Assembly: GCA_964346795.1 (NCBI GenBank)
Contig: CAYFWD010000001.1
Coordinates: 4,337-68,336, forward strand
Length of the DNA: 64,000 nt
Direction: 5' to 3'
Source of the DNA: an uncultured Bacteroidaceae bacterium
Lineage (GTDB): Bacteria > Bacteroidota > Bacteroidia > Bacteroidales > P3
Shown in pieces: positions 9,695-19,030 of the stretch (its first letter is position 1; every line of letters begins with the position of its first letter). The position numbers and the translations under genes are program-made. Under the pieces are notes generated by a model. That model searched no databases and had not been told where the DNA came from. It saw only the letters and a program-made list of their open reading frames with translations.

Positions 9695-11047
9695 TTAAGT
9701 GTGTAATATAAATTTACTTATCATAACGAATACTCCTGCTCCTGCAAAATAGCCTAAAAGAGCCCAAATAGAAATCTTCTTTAAGTACCATATAAAGTCT
9801 ATTTTCTCCATTCCCATAACAGCTACTCCTGCTGCAGAACCAATAATAAGAATACTTCCTCCTGTTCCAGCACAGTATGCTAAGAATTCCCAAAATGCTC
9901 CATCAACAACAAAATGATGTGGTTGTTGTTGAACCATTTCTGATAAACCTGCCATTAATTCTGGATTAGCTAATTGTTCTGGTGTAACAACAGGATACAT
10001 TCCTAAGGCTGCTGCCACAAGAGGAACGTTATCTATCACAGAAGAAGCCAAACCTATTATTATATCTATTATATAAACATTTCCTAATTTATCTAATGAC
10101 TTTGCAAGAAGTTCTAAGTGCCCTGCTGTTTGTAATGCTGCCACAGCCATTAATATTCCTAAGAAGAAAAGAACGGAAGGAATATCAACACGTGTAATTA
10201 TTGCAGAAACATTAAGTCTTGAATAGTTCTCTTTATTTGAAGCATGCATAATTTCTGTTACTACCCAAAGTACTCCTAAACCAAGTAATATTCCAAGATA
10301 TGGAGGAAGATGTGTAATAGTTTTGAATACTGGTACAAATAATAAAGAGCCAACTCCCAAACATAGTATTAATAAACTTTGTTTTGGATTAATAGTTACA
10401 AGTTCGCTGTCATTTTCAACCTTAGGTCTTTCAACCTTGCCTTTAAGCATAAAGGTAATTGCAATTAATGGAACTAACATTGATACTAATGAAGGAATAA
10501 ATGTTTCAAGAATAATTTCTAAAGCTGTAATATTTCCTTTTATCCAAAGCATAATAGTTGTAACGTCCCCTATTGGACTCCATGCTCCTCCTGAGTTTGC
10601 TGCAAGAATAACAATACCACAGAAAAACCAACGGTCTTGCTTATCAGCAATAAGTTTTCTTAAAAGTGCACATATAACAATTGCTGTTGTCATATTGTCC
10701 AATACTGCCGACATAAAGAAAGTAAGGATACCTATTACCCAAAGTAATTTACGTTTACTTTTTGTGTGGATTTTGTCTGTAATAATTCTAAATCCTTCAT
10801 GACGGTCAATAATTTCTACAATTGTCATTGCTCCCAAAAGGAAGAAAACTATTTCAGCTGTATCGCCTAAATGTTTAAGAATGGTCTCATGCTCAAACCC
10901 TGGTCCTGTTAAAGCATAAACTGACCATAAGATTACTGCAAGCAAAAGAGCTGTTGCAGTTTTGCTAATCTTTATTGGATGTTCTAAAGCTATTAAGCAA
11001 TATCCAACTATAAAGATAACAATCATTGGAATAAAATAAATACCCAT
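9695..11047 (-). CDS. nhaD: NhaD-type Na+/H+ antiporter, paralog 2 (tandem duplicate)
   Basis: 450 aa, collinear with and highly similar to the adjacent 439-aa protein. It carries an extra 'TPEQLANPELMAGLSEMVQQQPHH' insertion near the C-terminus. Confidence 0.75.
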   Translation of the reverse strand: MGIYFIPMIVIFIVGYCLIALEHPIKISKTATALLLAVILWSVYALTGPGFEHETILKHLGDTAEIVFFLLGAMTIVEIIDRHEGFRIITDKIHTKSKRKLLWVIGILTFFMSAVLDNMTTAIVICALLRKLIADKQDRWFFCGIVILAANSGGAWSPIGDVTTIMLWIKGNITALEIILETFIPSLVSMLVPLIAITFMLKGKVERPKVENDSELVTINPKQSLLILCLGVGSLLFVPVFKTITHLPPYLGILLGLGVLWVVTEIMHASNKENYSRLNVSAIITRVDIPSVLFFLGILMAVAALQTAGHLELLAKSLDKLGNVYIIDIIIGLASSVIDNVPLVAAALGMYPVVTPEQLANPELMAGLSEMVQQQPHHFVVDGAFWEFLAYCAGTGGSILIIGSAAGVAVMGMEKIDFIWYLKKISIWALLGYFAGAGVFVMISKFILHT

Positions 11048-11079
11048 TTTGGTTTTTTGATTTTGTTAATTAATAAATA

Positions 11080-13011
11080 TTATCTTCTTTTTCTTTGTTG
11101 TTGCTGTCTTTGTTCTATCAAAGCACGATTTCTCTTTTCAAGTGCTTCCATTCTTTCTTGCCATTTTGACTTCTTCAATGGTTTGTTTTGATTAGCTTTT
11201 AATCTGTCAAGAACCTTTTGTTTGTCAATAGTTTTTCCTATTATCCAAACTTGAATAAAGGTAATACAAAGTGAAACAAAATAGTAATAATTAAGTGCTG
11301 CAGAAAACTTATTAAGTACAAATAGCATAAATATAGGCATCATATACATCATAACCTTCATACCAGGCATTTGATTTGTTCCCTGTTGTTGTTTCATTGT
11401 CATTCTGGTGTAGAAAATCTGTGCTACTGTCATAAGCAAACAGAAAAGAGAAACATGAGAGCCATAGAAAGGTATTTCAAAAGGAAGGTTTAATATAGAA
11501 TCATAGCTGGAAAGGTCATCTGCCCAAAGGAAAGATTTTTGACGTAGCTCAATGGAAGCTGGAAAGAAACGGAACATTGCTACAAGAATTGGGAACTGCA
11601 ACAAAACCGGCAAACAACCAGCCATTGGATTTACTCCTGCTCTCTTATAAAGAGCCATTACTGCTCTTTGTTTTTCCAATGCCTGTTCTTGTTTTGGATA
11701 TTTCTCATTGAGCTTTTGCACCTCTGGAGCTATTACTCTCATCTTTGTAGAAGAGGAATATGACTTATAAGAAAGAGGGAAAAGAACAATCTTAACTAAA
11801 ATAGTTAGAACAAGGATTACTATTCCCATATTCCAACCAAAACCTGAAAGAAAATCAAACACAGGTATAACTACAAAACGATTTACCCATTGTAAAAGGA
11901 AGAATCCCCAACCAAGTGGAATGATTTCTTCCATGTCAATATCATAATCACTTATAACACTATATTTGTTTGGACCATAAAACAAATCCACATTAAATTG
12001 TGTCTTTGGTGATTCAGAATCAAAAGTTAAGGTTAGTAAAGATTGCATTGAACGCAAATAAGTTGAATCCTTTGCAGGACGTTTTTCTGTTATGGTTTGC
12101 ATTGATGCCGATGCAAAAGGATTTTCTGTCGCTATAATAGCTGTGGAGAAAAACTGCTGCTTATAAGACACCCATTTAATAGGAATACCATTCTCATCTT
12201 TCTTGTCATCCACCCCATTCTCCTTCAAATAATCTACCTCATCTTTGAGAAGATAATATATTGAAGAGTTCTTTACCTCAACCTTAGCATCTTTCTCTTG
12301 AACTCTCAAATCAGACATCCAATCCATCTCAATTGTACTTTGGTCGGTTACAATACCCTGCAAATTATTAAACAAAATATCATATCCAACCCTGTAATCA
12401 TTTCCTCTAACTACATAACGAAAATCTAATGAAGCATCTTTTGAACTGTCGGCTTGTACCTTAGCTCTAAAAACAATAACAACAGAATCCTCTCCCTTAA
12501 CCTCAACAACTCCTGATACAGGTTTATCATTAATTGTCGGTTCAAAATACAAATCCTTAGTACGAACAATATTTTGTCCTACCGAAAGATTTAACCCATA
12601 AATGTTTTTATCAAACAGCTTAACCTCTTCCTTGCCATAGGTCAAATAATTATTAAGAGTTACCTGCCTTACCATTGCCCCTAAGGAAGAGAAATCTATC
12701 TCAAACAAATCGGTCTTTACTTTTATTGTATCATTCTCTCCTTGAGAACAAACAGCAAAAGCTCCAAACTCAGAAAGAGAAACAGAGTCTTGATTTATTA
12801 CTGCTAAAGAATCTTGTGAAAGTTGAGCTAAAGAGTCTTGTATTTGAATAGCTCTAGCATGCTGTGCTAATTTTTCATTTGCTTTAACTATGGAATCCTG
12901 CTTTGCCTTCATTGCTGCCTTTTCTTCTGCTGTAGGTGCAGTAAGTATTCCATAACCTATAAATACTCCAAAGATAAGTACTAATCCAATAATCGTATTT
13001 TTATCCAACAT
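11080..13011 (-). CDS. yidC: Membrane protein insertase YidC
   Basis: 643 aa with an N-terminal TM segment, a large periplasmic domain and a C-terminal 5-TM core ('NPMAGCLPVLLQFPILVAMF'). The tail is basic. Confidence 0.92.
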   Translation of the reverse strand: MLDKNTIIGLVLIFGVFIGYGILTAPTAEEKAAMKAKQDSIVKANEKLAQHARAIQIQDSLAQLSQDSLAVINQDSVSLSEFGAFAVCSQGENDTIKVKTDLFEIDFSSLGAMVRQVTLNNYLTYGKEEVKLFDKNIYGLNLSVGQNIVRTKDLYFEPTINDKPVSGVVEVKGEDSVVIVFRAKVQADSSKDASLDFRYVVRGNDYRVGYDILFNNLQGIVTDQSTIEMDWMSDLRVQEKDAKVEVKNSSIYYLLKDEVDYLKENGVDDKKDENGIPIKWVSYKQQFFSTAIIATENPFASASMQTITEKRPAKDSTYLRSMQSLLTLTFDSESPKTQFNVDLFYGPNKYSVISDYDIDMEEIIPLGWGFFLLQWVNRFVVIPVFDFLSGFGWNMGIVILVLTILVKIVLFPLSYKSYSSSTKMRVIAPEVQKLNEKYPKQEQALEKQRAVMALYKRAGVNPMAGCLPVLLQFPILVAMFRFFPASIELRQKSFLWADDLSSYDSILNLPFEIPFYGSHVSLFCLLMTVAQIFYTRMTMKQQQGTNQMPGMKVMMYMMPIFMLFVLNKFSAALNYYYFVSLCITFIQVWIIGKTIDKQKVLDRLKANQNKPLKKSKWQERMEALEKRNRALIEQRQQQQRKRR

Positions 13012-13042
13012 TTAAATATAGTTTTTGGTAAAATTAAAGTTG

Positions 13043-13050
13043 CAAAGATA
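13043..13050 (-). promoter_or_regulatory. -7 box (TATCTTTG) upstream of yidC
   Basis: Exact TAnnTTTG match on the minus strand, about 32 nt upstream of the yidC ATG. Confidence 0.45.
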
Positions 13051-13176
13051 AGAAACAATATTATCCCAATAAAAAATATTCAAAAATATTTGGTCAAATA
13101 AAGCATTATTTATCAATAATAACTTCTAAAAATGAAAAACTACAAATTTATATGTTCTATTTTATAACTTGATTAT

Positions 13177-13312
13177 AAAAAAGCTTGACTTTTTTCAAAA
13201 TAAACTTAGTCTTTTTGAAAATAAACTTGACTTAAATAAAAAAAGACGGCGGATAAATAAAATTATCTAGGGCAAAAATTTATTTATCTAGGAGATAATT
13301 TTTATTTTGCGG
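13177..13312. repeat. Copy B of the dispersed composite intergenic repeat
   Basis: Three 21-bp units (AAGCTTGACTT / AAACTTAGTCT / AAACTTGACTT) are followed by 'AAAAAGACGGCGGATAAATAAA' and then 'TATCTAGGGCA...TATCTAGGAGATAA'. It is collinear with copy D and the reverse complement of copy C. Confidence 0.75.
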
Positions 13313-13353
13313 TACTTAAATTATATAGGGACAATCAAAATTGGGTGGCAGGG

Positions 13354-14043
13354 TTATTGGGCGTTGGATATGAGATGGTCTATATCTTCTATCTTTATTG
13401 CGTCTTTGAGGGTATGGTTTCCTATTCTAGTGCGACAAAGAGATGAAAGATATGCTCCACTTTGAAGCATAAGTCCAAAATCTCTTGCAATGGAACGGAT
13501 ATATGTTCCTTTTGAACAAAGTATTCTGAATTGTACTATTGGAAATTCTATTTTGGTTATTTCAAATTCTTTTATTTCTATTTCTTTTGGTTTTAGCTCT
13601 ACTTCCTGTTGGGCATTCTCTCTTGCAAGTTTGTAAGCTCTCTTTCCATCAACCCATTTTGCTGAAAATATTGGTGGTACTTGATTTATCTTTCCTGTCA
13701 TTTCTTTAGCTACTTGATAAATCATTTCTTCTTTTATATGTTCTGTTGGGAAGGTTTGGTCTACTGGGTGTTCAAGGTCATAGCTTGGAGTTGTTGCTCC
13801 CAAAGTAATGCTGCCCGTATATTCCTTGTCCAAGGCCTGAAACTCTTCTATTCGTTTGGTGTATTTCCCTATACATATTATTAATAGTCCTGTTGCTAAG
13901 GGGTCAAGTGTTCCTGCATGCCCAACTTTTATCTTTTTGCCGTAAGTCTGCCTTATCTTGTATTTTATTTTCTTGACAACTTGAAATGATGTCCAAGTGT
14001 ATGGCTTGTTGATTAGTATTAGAGAGCCATTTTCTATGTCCAT
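13354..14043 (-). CDS. truB: tRNA pseudouridine(55) synthase TruB
   Basis: 229 aa with 'GHAGTLDPLATGLL' carrying the catalytic Asp. This is a typical short Bacteroidota TruB. Confidence 0.92.
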   Translation of the reverse strand: MDIENGSLILINKPYTWTSFQVVKKIKYKIRQTYGKKIKVGHAGTLDPLATGLLIICIGKYTKRIEEFQALDKEYTGSITLGATTPSYDLEHPVDQTFPTEHIKEEMIYQVAKEMTGKINQVPPIFSAKWVDGKRAYKLARENAQQEVELKPKEIEIKEFEITKIEFPIVQFRILCSKGTYIRSIARDFGLMLQSGAYLSSLCRTRIGNHTLKDAIKIEDIDHLISNAQ

Positions 14044-14064
14044 ATCTTTAAGGTTAGGGGTTGT

Positions 14065-14859
14065 TTATGCAACACTAAGGTCAAATCCGAAAGCAATTAG
14101 TACTAAAATCACTAAGCCTACTACTATTCTATAATATCCAAAAGCCTTAAAGCCGTATTTTGTAAGAAAGTTAATAAAGAATTTTATTGCTATCATAGCT
14201 ACGATGAATGCTACTATGTTTCCAATAATAAGGGTTGTCATATTGTCCATAAGTAATTCTTTTCCTTCAGGAGTCATGAGGGCTTTCATAAGTTTGTATC
14301 CTGAGGCTGCAAGCATTGTTGGTACTGCAAGAAAGAAAGAAAATTCTGCTGCTGTCTTGCGGGTAAGCTTTTGTGTCATACCTCCAACTATTGTTGCCAT
14401 AGAACGAGAGACACCTGGTATCATTGCAATACATTGATATAGTCCTATGATAAATCCTTTTTTATAGGTTATAGTTTGGTCTTCTTGGGGTTTGTTGAAC
14501 CATTTATCGCAAAACATCATAAAGATTCCTCCAAGAATAAGCATAACAGCTACTACAATAACACTCTCAAGCATTGAGTCAATGAAGTCTCCTGCAAGAA
14601 ATCCTATAATGGCTGCAGGTATGAAAGCCACAAAGAGTTTATAGTAGAAATTCATTGATTGTAAAAAACGTTTCCAATACAAAACAAGAACGGATAGTAT
14701 TGCTCCGAACTGTATGCAGACTGTAAATAACTTCACAAAGTCATCACTTTTTATTCCAAAAAAAGCTTGTGTTATTATCATATGTCCTGTTGAACTTACT
14801 GGCAAAAACTCTGTTAAGCCTTCAACAACAGCAATGATGATGGTTTCAAATAAATTCAT
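14065..14859 (-). CDS. uppP: Undecaprenyl-diphosphate phosphatase
   Basis: 264 aa polytopic protein with the BacA/UppP signatures '[16 protein letters not shown]' and 'PGVSRS'. Confidence 0.92.
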   Translation of the reverse strand: MNLFETIIIAVVEGLTEFLPVSSTGHMIITQAFFGIKSDDFVKLFTVCIQFGAILSVLVLYWKRFLQSMNFYYKLFVAFIPAAIIGFLAGDFIDSMLESVIVVAVMLILGGIFMMFCDKWFNKPQEDQTITYKKGFIIGLYQCIAMIPGVSRSMATIVGGMTQKLTRKTAAEFSFFLAVPTMLAASGYKLMKALMTPEGKELLMDNMTTLIIGNIVAFIVAMIAIKFFINFLTKYGFKAFGYYRIVVGLVILVLIAFGFDLSVA

Positions 14860-14880
14860 TTATATTCTAATGTAATGTGA

Positions 14881-15189
14881 TTATTCTTTTGGAGCTTCTT
14901 CTTGATTTTTTTGTTTTGGCTTAAGCAATATTGCATAAATCTCAACAACTATTCCTGCCACCATAAGGATAGGTGCAACAACTAATCTTTGTGAGTTAAA
15001 TAATGAATAATTAAATACATTTGGGTCATCGGAGCCTCCACCAATTAGTAATATGTAGCCAAGAGCTAATAGTACAACACCTACTAACATCCATATATAA
15101 TTAATTCTTTCAAAAGCAAAGTCAAATTTTGGATTTACCTTTGGAGCGTTTGTAGGTTTTGATGATGATGTTTTCTTTATATTTGCCAT
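14881..15189 (-). CDS. Small two-TM membrane protein (DUF3098-like)
   Basis: 102 aa located between ftsX and uppP, where Bacteroidota usually carry a DUF3098 protein. The family assignment is from memory. Confidence 0.55.
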   Translation of the reverse strand: MANIKKTSSSKPTNAPKVNPKFDFAFERINYIWMLVGVVLLALGYILLIGGGSDDPNVFNYSLFNSQRLVVAPILMVAGIVVEIYAILLKPKQKNQEEAPKE

Positions 15190-15216
15190 AATTAATTTAT
15201 GTTTTATATCTTTTTA

Positions 15217-16098
15217 TTATCTATATAGTTTTTCGTTTCTTAGATGCATAAATCTAAATACTGAAATAAATGTTGAAATGCAGGCCAATAATATTCCAAA
15301 CACCCAAACAGCAAGTCCAATCATTCCATAAACAGGATAATGTTCTGCTATTATAAGTTGAGGGAAGGTTTTGCTTACCCATAGTATTATTCCAAAAAGA
15401 AGAATATTCGCAATCAATCCTCCAATTAGTCCAAACACCAATCCCCTTAAAAGGAATGGCTTACGAATAAACGAAGGTTTTGCACCAACAAGTTCCATAG
15501 AACGAATATGAAAACGTTTTGAGTAAATTGTAAGACGAATTGTATGATTGATTAATGTTATTGCTATTATCAAAAGACATATAATGAAAGCAAGAACAAA
15601 AGCAGAAACATTATAAACTGCATTATTTATATCCTTTACTAAGTCTTGTCGATAATCAACATGGTCAACAATATCTTTTGCTTCAAGACTTGTAATAAAT
15701 CGTTTAATGGTTGAATAATTGAGAGATTCTGCTTTAAGATTAACAATTATTGAAGCAGCATAAGGATTAACAGCACCCAAAACCTCAAGATGATTTTCTC
15801 CCATAACTTCATTCATTATCTCAGCAGCTTTTTCAGAAGAAACATATTCAGTAGATTTTACATTTGAGTTCTTTTTTAGTTCTTTCTCCAAATTAAGTGC
15901 ATCTTCTTCATTTATATTATCCATCAAATATACCGTAAAAGATACATTTTCTTTAAGACTTTGTGAAGCATTAAAAGCATGAAACACGAAAGTTAGCATA
16001 AAGCCAACCATAAAAAGGACAAGTGAAATACTCAATACTGTTGAGAAATTTGCACTCCAAAGAGCCACTGGATTAAAGCTTATTTGTCTTTTAGTCAT
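15217..16098 (-). CDS. ftsX: Cell-division permease-like protein FtsX
   Basis: FtsX topology: one TM, a periplasmic domain, then three C-terminal TMs. I prefer the ATG at 16098 (MTKRQISF...) because the track's TTG at 16125 overlaps the -7 box. Confidence 0.82.
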   Translation of the reverse strand: MTKRQISFNPVALWSANFSTVLSISLVLFMVGFMLTFVFHAFNASQSLKENVSFTVYLMDNINEEDALNLEKELKKNSNVKSTEYVSSEKAAEIMNEVMGENHLEVLGAVNPYAASIIVNLKAESLNYSTIKRFITSLEAKDIVDHVDYRQDLVKDINNAVYNVSAFVLAFIICLLIIAITLINHTIRLTIYSKRFHIRSMELVGAKPSFIRKPFLLRGLVFGLIGGLIANILLFGIILWVSKTFPQLIIAEHYPVYGMIGLAVWVFGILLACISTFISVFRFMHLRNEKLYR

Positions 16099-16122
16099 TT
16101 TATACAAAACATAATTTAGCTG

Positions 16123-16130
16123 CAAATATA
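16123..16130 (-). promoter_or_regulatory. -7 box (TATATTTG) for ftsX, divergent from the aspartate kinase promoter
   Basis: Exact TAnnTTTG match on the minus strand, 25 nt upstream of the ATG at 16098. Confidence 0.45.
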
Positions 16131-16142
16131 CAAAGTTTTTAT

Positions 16143-16150
16143 TATTTTTG
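16143..16150 (+). promoter_or_regulatory. -7 box (TATTTTTG) for aspartate kinase
   Basis: Exact TAnnTTTG match on the plus strand, 20 nt upstream of the ATG at 16170. Confidence 0.45.
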
Positions 16151-16169
16151 CCGTTAAATAGTGAAATGT

Positions 16170-17447
16170 ATGAACGAAATATTTGTAGAGAAATTTGGAG
16201 GAGCTTCTGTAAATAGTGCTGAAGCTATAAAAAACGTAGCATCAATAATTCTTTCTCAAAAGAAAAAAAGACTTATTGTTATTTCGGCAATGGGGAAAAC
16301 TACAAATGACTTGGAGAAGGTTTTGAATTATTTTGTTGAAAAAAGCAATATTGATACACCTTCTATTGAGTTCTCAAAGAACTATCACAAAGGAATAATT
16401 GATAATCTATTTCCAAAAGGTAATGCTTTCTTAGAAGAGTTTTTAGATAAAACTTATAAAGAGATTGAAAGCTATCTTTTAAAATATAGTAAAGAGAAAA
16501 ACTATGACAAAACTTATGATTCCATTGTTTCCTTTGGTGAGATAATTGGTACTACTATTATATCTAAGTATTTCGATTCAATTGGATTGGAGCATAGCTT
16601 TATTTTGGCTAAGGATTGTATTAGAACAGATAGCTCTTTCCGAAGAGCAAAGGTATTATGGGATGAGACAAAAGAAAAGGTTATTAATTCTGTTGAACCA
16701 ATATTCAAAACAAAAGACACAATAATAACTCAAGGTTTTATTGGAGCAAATTCAAATAATGACACTACAACACTTGGAAGAGAAGGCTCTGATTTTAGTG
16801 CTGCTATTTTTGCATACTGCCTAGAAGCAAATAGTGTTACTATATGGAAAGATGTTCCTGGTTTATTAAATGCTGACCCAAAACATTTTGAAGATACAAG
16901 AAAGTTTGAGCAAGTGCCATATAGCGAAGCAATAGAACTTTCTTACTATGGTGCATCTGTAATTCATCCAAAAACTCTTAAACCCCTAGAAAATCTATCT
17001 ATTCCTTTATTTGTAAAAAGCTTCCTTTCTCCTAATGAAGAAGGCACAAGGATTGATTGTTGTGCTAAAACCAAACCCTTAATGCCAAGCTATATTTTCA
17101 AAGATAATCAAACACTTCTATCAATATATCCTAAGGACTTTTCCTTTGTTGTTGAAGAAAACCTTTCAAATATCTTTGCATTATTTGCAAGATATGGAAT
17201 TAAGGTAAATCTAATGCAGAACTCAGCACTTAGCTATTCTGTTTGCTTTGACCAAATAAAAGATGACTTGCTTCAAAAATTAATAGCAGAATTTTCCAAT
17301 GCCTATTCAGTAAAATACAATAGAAATTTAAGACTAATAACCATACGCCGCTACACAGATGAAGCTATAAAGAACCTAAAAAAAGGGAAAAAGTTAATCA
17401 TTGAGCAACGCTCTCGTCTAACGGCTCAATTTTTAGTTAAACTATAA
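16170..17447 (+). CDS. lysC: Aspartate kinase (monofunctional)
   Basis: 'KFGGASV' and 'VISAMGKTTNDL' form the amino-acid kinase N-terminus, followed by C-terminal ACT-like repeats. The ATG at 16170 is preferred over the track's GTG at 16161. Confidence 0.88.
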   Translation: MNEIFVEKFGGASVNSAEAIKNVASIILSQKKKRLIVISAMGKTTNDLEKVLNYFVEKSNIDTPSIEFSKNYHKGIIDNLFPKGNAFLEEFLDKTYKEIESYLLKYSKEKNYDKTYDSIVSFGEIIGTTIISKYFDSIGLEHSFILAKDCIRTDSSFRRAKVLWDETKEKVINSVEPIFKTKDTIITQGFIGANSNNDTTTLGREGSDFSAAIFAYCLEANSVTIWKDVPGLLNADPKHFEDTRKFEQVPYSEAIELSYYGASVIHPKTLKPLENLSIPLFVKSFLSPNEEGTRIDCCAKTKPLMPSYIFKDNQTLLSIYPKDFSFVVEENLSNIFALFARYGIKVNLMQNSALSYSVCFDQIKDDLLQKLIAEFSNAYSVKYNRNLRLITIRRYTDEAIKNLKKGKKLIIEQRSRLTAQFLVKL

Positions 17448-18863
17448 CTAATCATCATAGTCTTCAAACTTCTCTGGCAAGGTTTTCATTGTCTTAACTC
17501 CTAATGCTTCTATATCCTTTGCTTGTTTTATAAGATTTCCTCTACCTTCTTTAAGTTGATTTAAAGCCTTATTATAAGTGTCGTGTGTCTTGTTTAATTT
17601 ATCTCCTATCTCTTCAAATGACTCCAAGAAACCAATAAATTTCTCATACATCTTACCACTACTTTCAATTATCTTTTCTGCATTCTTGTTGAGCTTATCT
17701 GTTCTCCAAAGGTCTGCAAATATCCTAAGGGTAGAGATAAGTGTTGTGGAAGAAACCAACACAATATTCTTATTATAAGCATAGTTCCATAGCTCTCTAT
17801 CGTTTTGCATTGCTATCAAATATGCCGACTCAATGGGAACAAACATCATAACAAAACCTAAACTTCCCTTAATCTGGTCATATTTCTTTTGACTTAATTC
17901 ATTTACATGCTGACGTATAGATAGTATATGTTTTGTTAATTCTGCCTTTTGAACTTCTTCTGTTTCTGCAGAAAAATAATTATCATAAGCAACAAGAGAA
18001 ACCTTAGAATCAATAATAACCTTTCTTTCGTCAGGGAGATTAATAATTACATCAGGGATAATTCTTATATCCTCTTCATTATAATGTACATCTTGTGTTG
18101 TGTAGTGTTCACCCCTTATTAAACCTGTGTTTTGAAGTATGGTTTCCAAAACATTCTCTCCCCAATTGCCTGCTTTCTTATTCTCCCCTTTAAGTGCTGA
18201 AGCTAAGTTATTAGCTTGCTCCGAAACCAAATTCGTCTGCTCCATTATCTTCTTTATCTCATTTTCAAGGGAAGTTCTTTGCTTTGTTTCCTCTGTAAGA
18301 TTTTTATTTACATTCTCCCTAAACTCCTTTATACTCCTGTCCAAAGGCTTTAGAATAGATTCAAGATTAACCTTATTAACCTCCGTAAACTTTAATGTCT
18401 TGTCTTGAAGTATTTCATTTGCTGTCTTCTCAAACTCCAATTTTGCAGCCGATTGAAGTTGTTCAAACTCATTACGAATCTCTTTCTGTTTCTCCTGCAA
18501 AGCTTCATAATTAGCTTTTAACTTACTATTCTCTATGGATAATTGACTGTTCTTTACCTTCTCTTGTTCCAAAAGAGAACTTATTTCTAAAATTTTCTCC
18601 TTCTCTTCCCTTAACCTTTCTGTATTATTTTCAAGTTCTGTTTTGAGTGAAGAGTTCTCCCTTTGAACCAAATTATAAGTCGATTCCAATTCATTATTCT
18701 TTGACTCCAAGGTCTTAAAACTTGACTCTAATATATTATAAGAAGTCTCCAATTGGGTTAGTCTTTTCTGTTTTTCTCCTCCTTTTACAATAAAAAAGAC
18801 CATAAAAGCAACCAAAACTAAAGCAATAAGAGCAATAATTATCAAAACAAATTCCATATTCAT
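17448..18863 (-). CDS. rmuC: DNA recombination protein RmuC
   Basis: 471 aa with an N-terminal TM, a long coiled coil and a C-terminal RmuC nuclease-like domain ('PDVIINLPDERKVIIDSKVSL'). Confidence 0.88.
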   Translation of the reverse strand: MNMEFVLIIIALIALVLVAFMVFFIVKGGEKQKRLTQLETSYNILESSFKTLESKNNELESTYNLVQRENSSLKTELENNTERLREEKEKILEISSLLEQEKVKNSQLSIENSKLKANYEALQEKQKEIRNEFEQLQSAAKLEFEKTANEILQDKTLKFTEVNKVNLESILKPLDRSIKEFRENVNKNLTEETKQRTSLENEIKKIMEQTNLVSEQANNLASALKGENKKAGNWGENVLETILQNTGLIRGEHYTTQDVHYNEEDIRIIPDVIINLPDERKVIIDSKVSLVAYDNYFSAETEEVQKAELTKHILSIRQHVNELSQKKYDQIKGSLGFVMMFVPIESAYLIAMQNDRELWNYAYNKNIVLVSSTTLISTLRIFADLWRTDKLNKNAEKIIESSGKMYEKFIGFLESFEEIGDKLNKTHDTYNKALNQLKEGRGNLIKQAKDIEALGVKTMKTLPEKFEDYDD

Positions 18864-19030
18864 ATAAATTAAAATTAGGTTTCAAAGATACAATTTTATT
18901 CTTAATCACTAATTAAAAACACTCCTTTTCTGACAATTTGACACAATAAATAAATTGGTATAATGATTGATTGAATAACAATAAAACTTTAAAATCTAAA
19001 TTAATAAATAAACAAAATAGAACACTAACT

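Noticed and set aside
15217-16098. ftsX and ftsE are about 30 kb apart instead of forming an ftsEX operon
   Set aside because: As far as I recall, separated ftsE and ftsX genes are the normal arrangement in Bacteroidota, so this is not a rearrangement signal.
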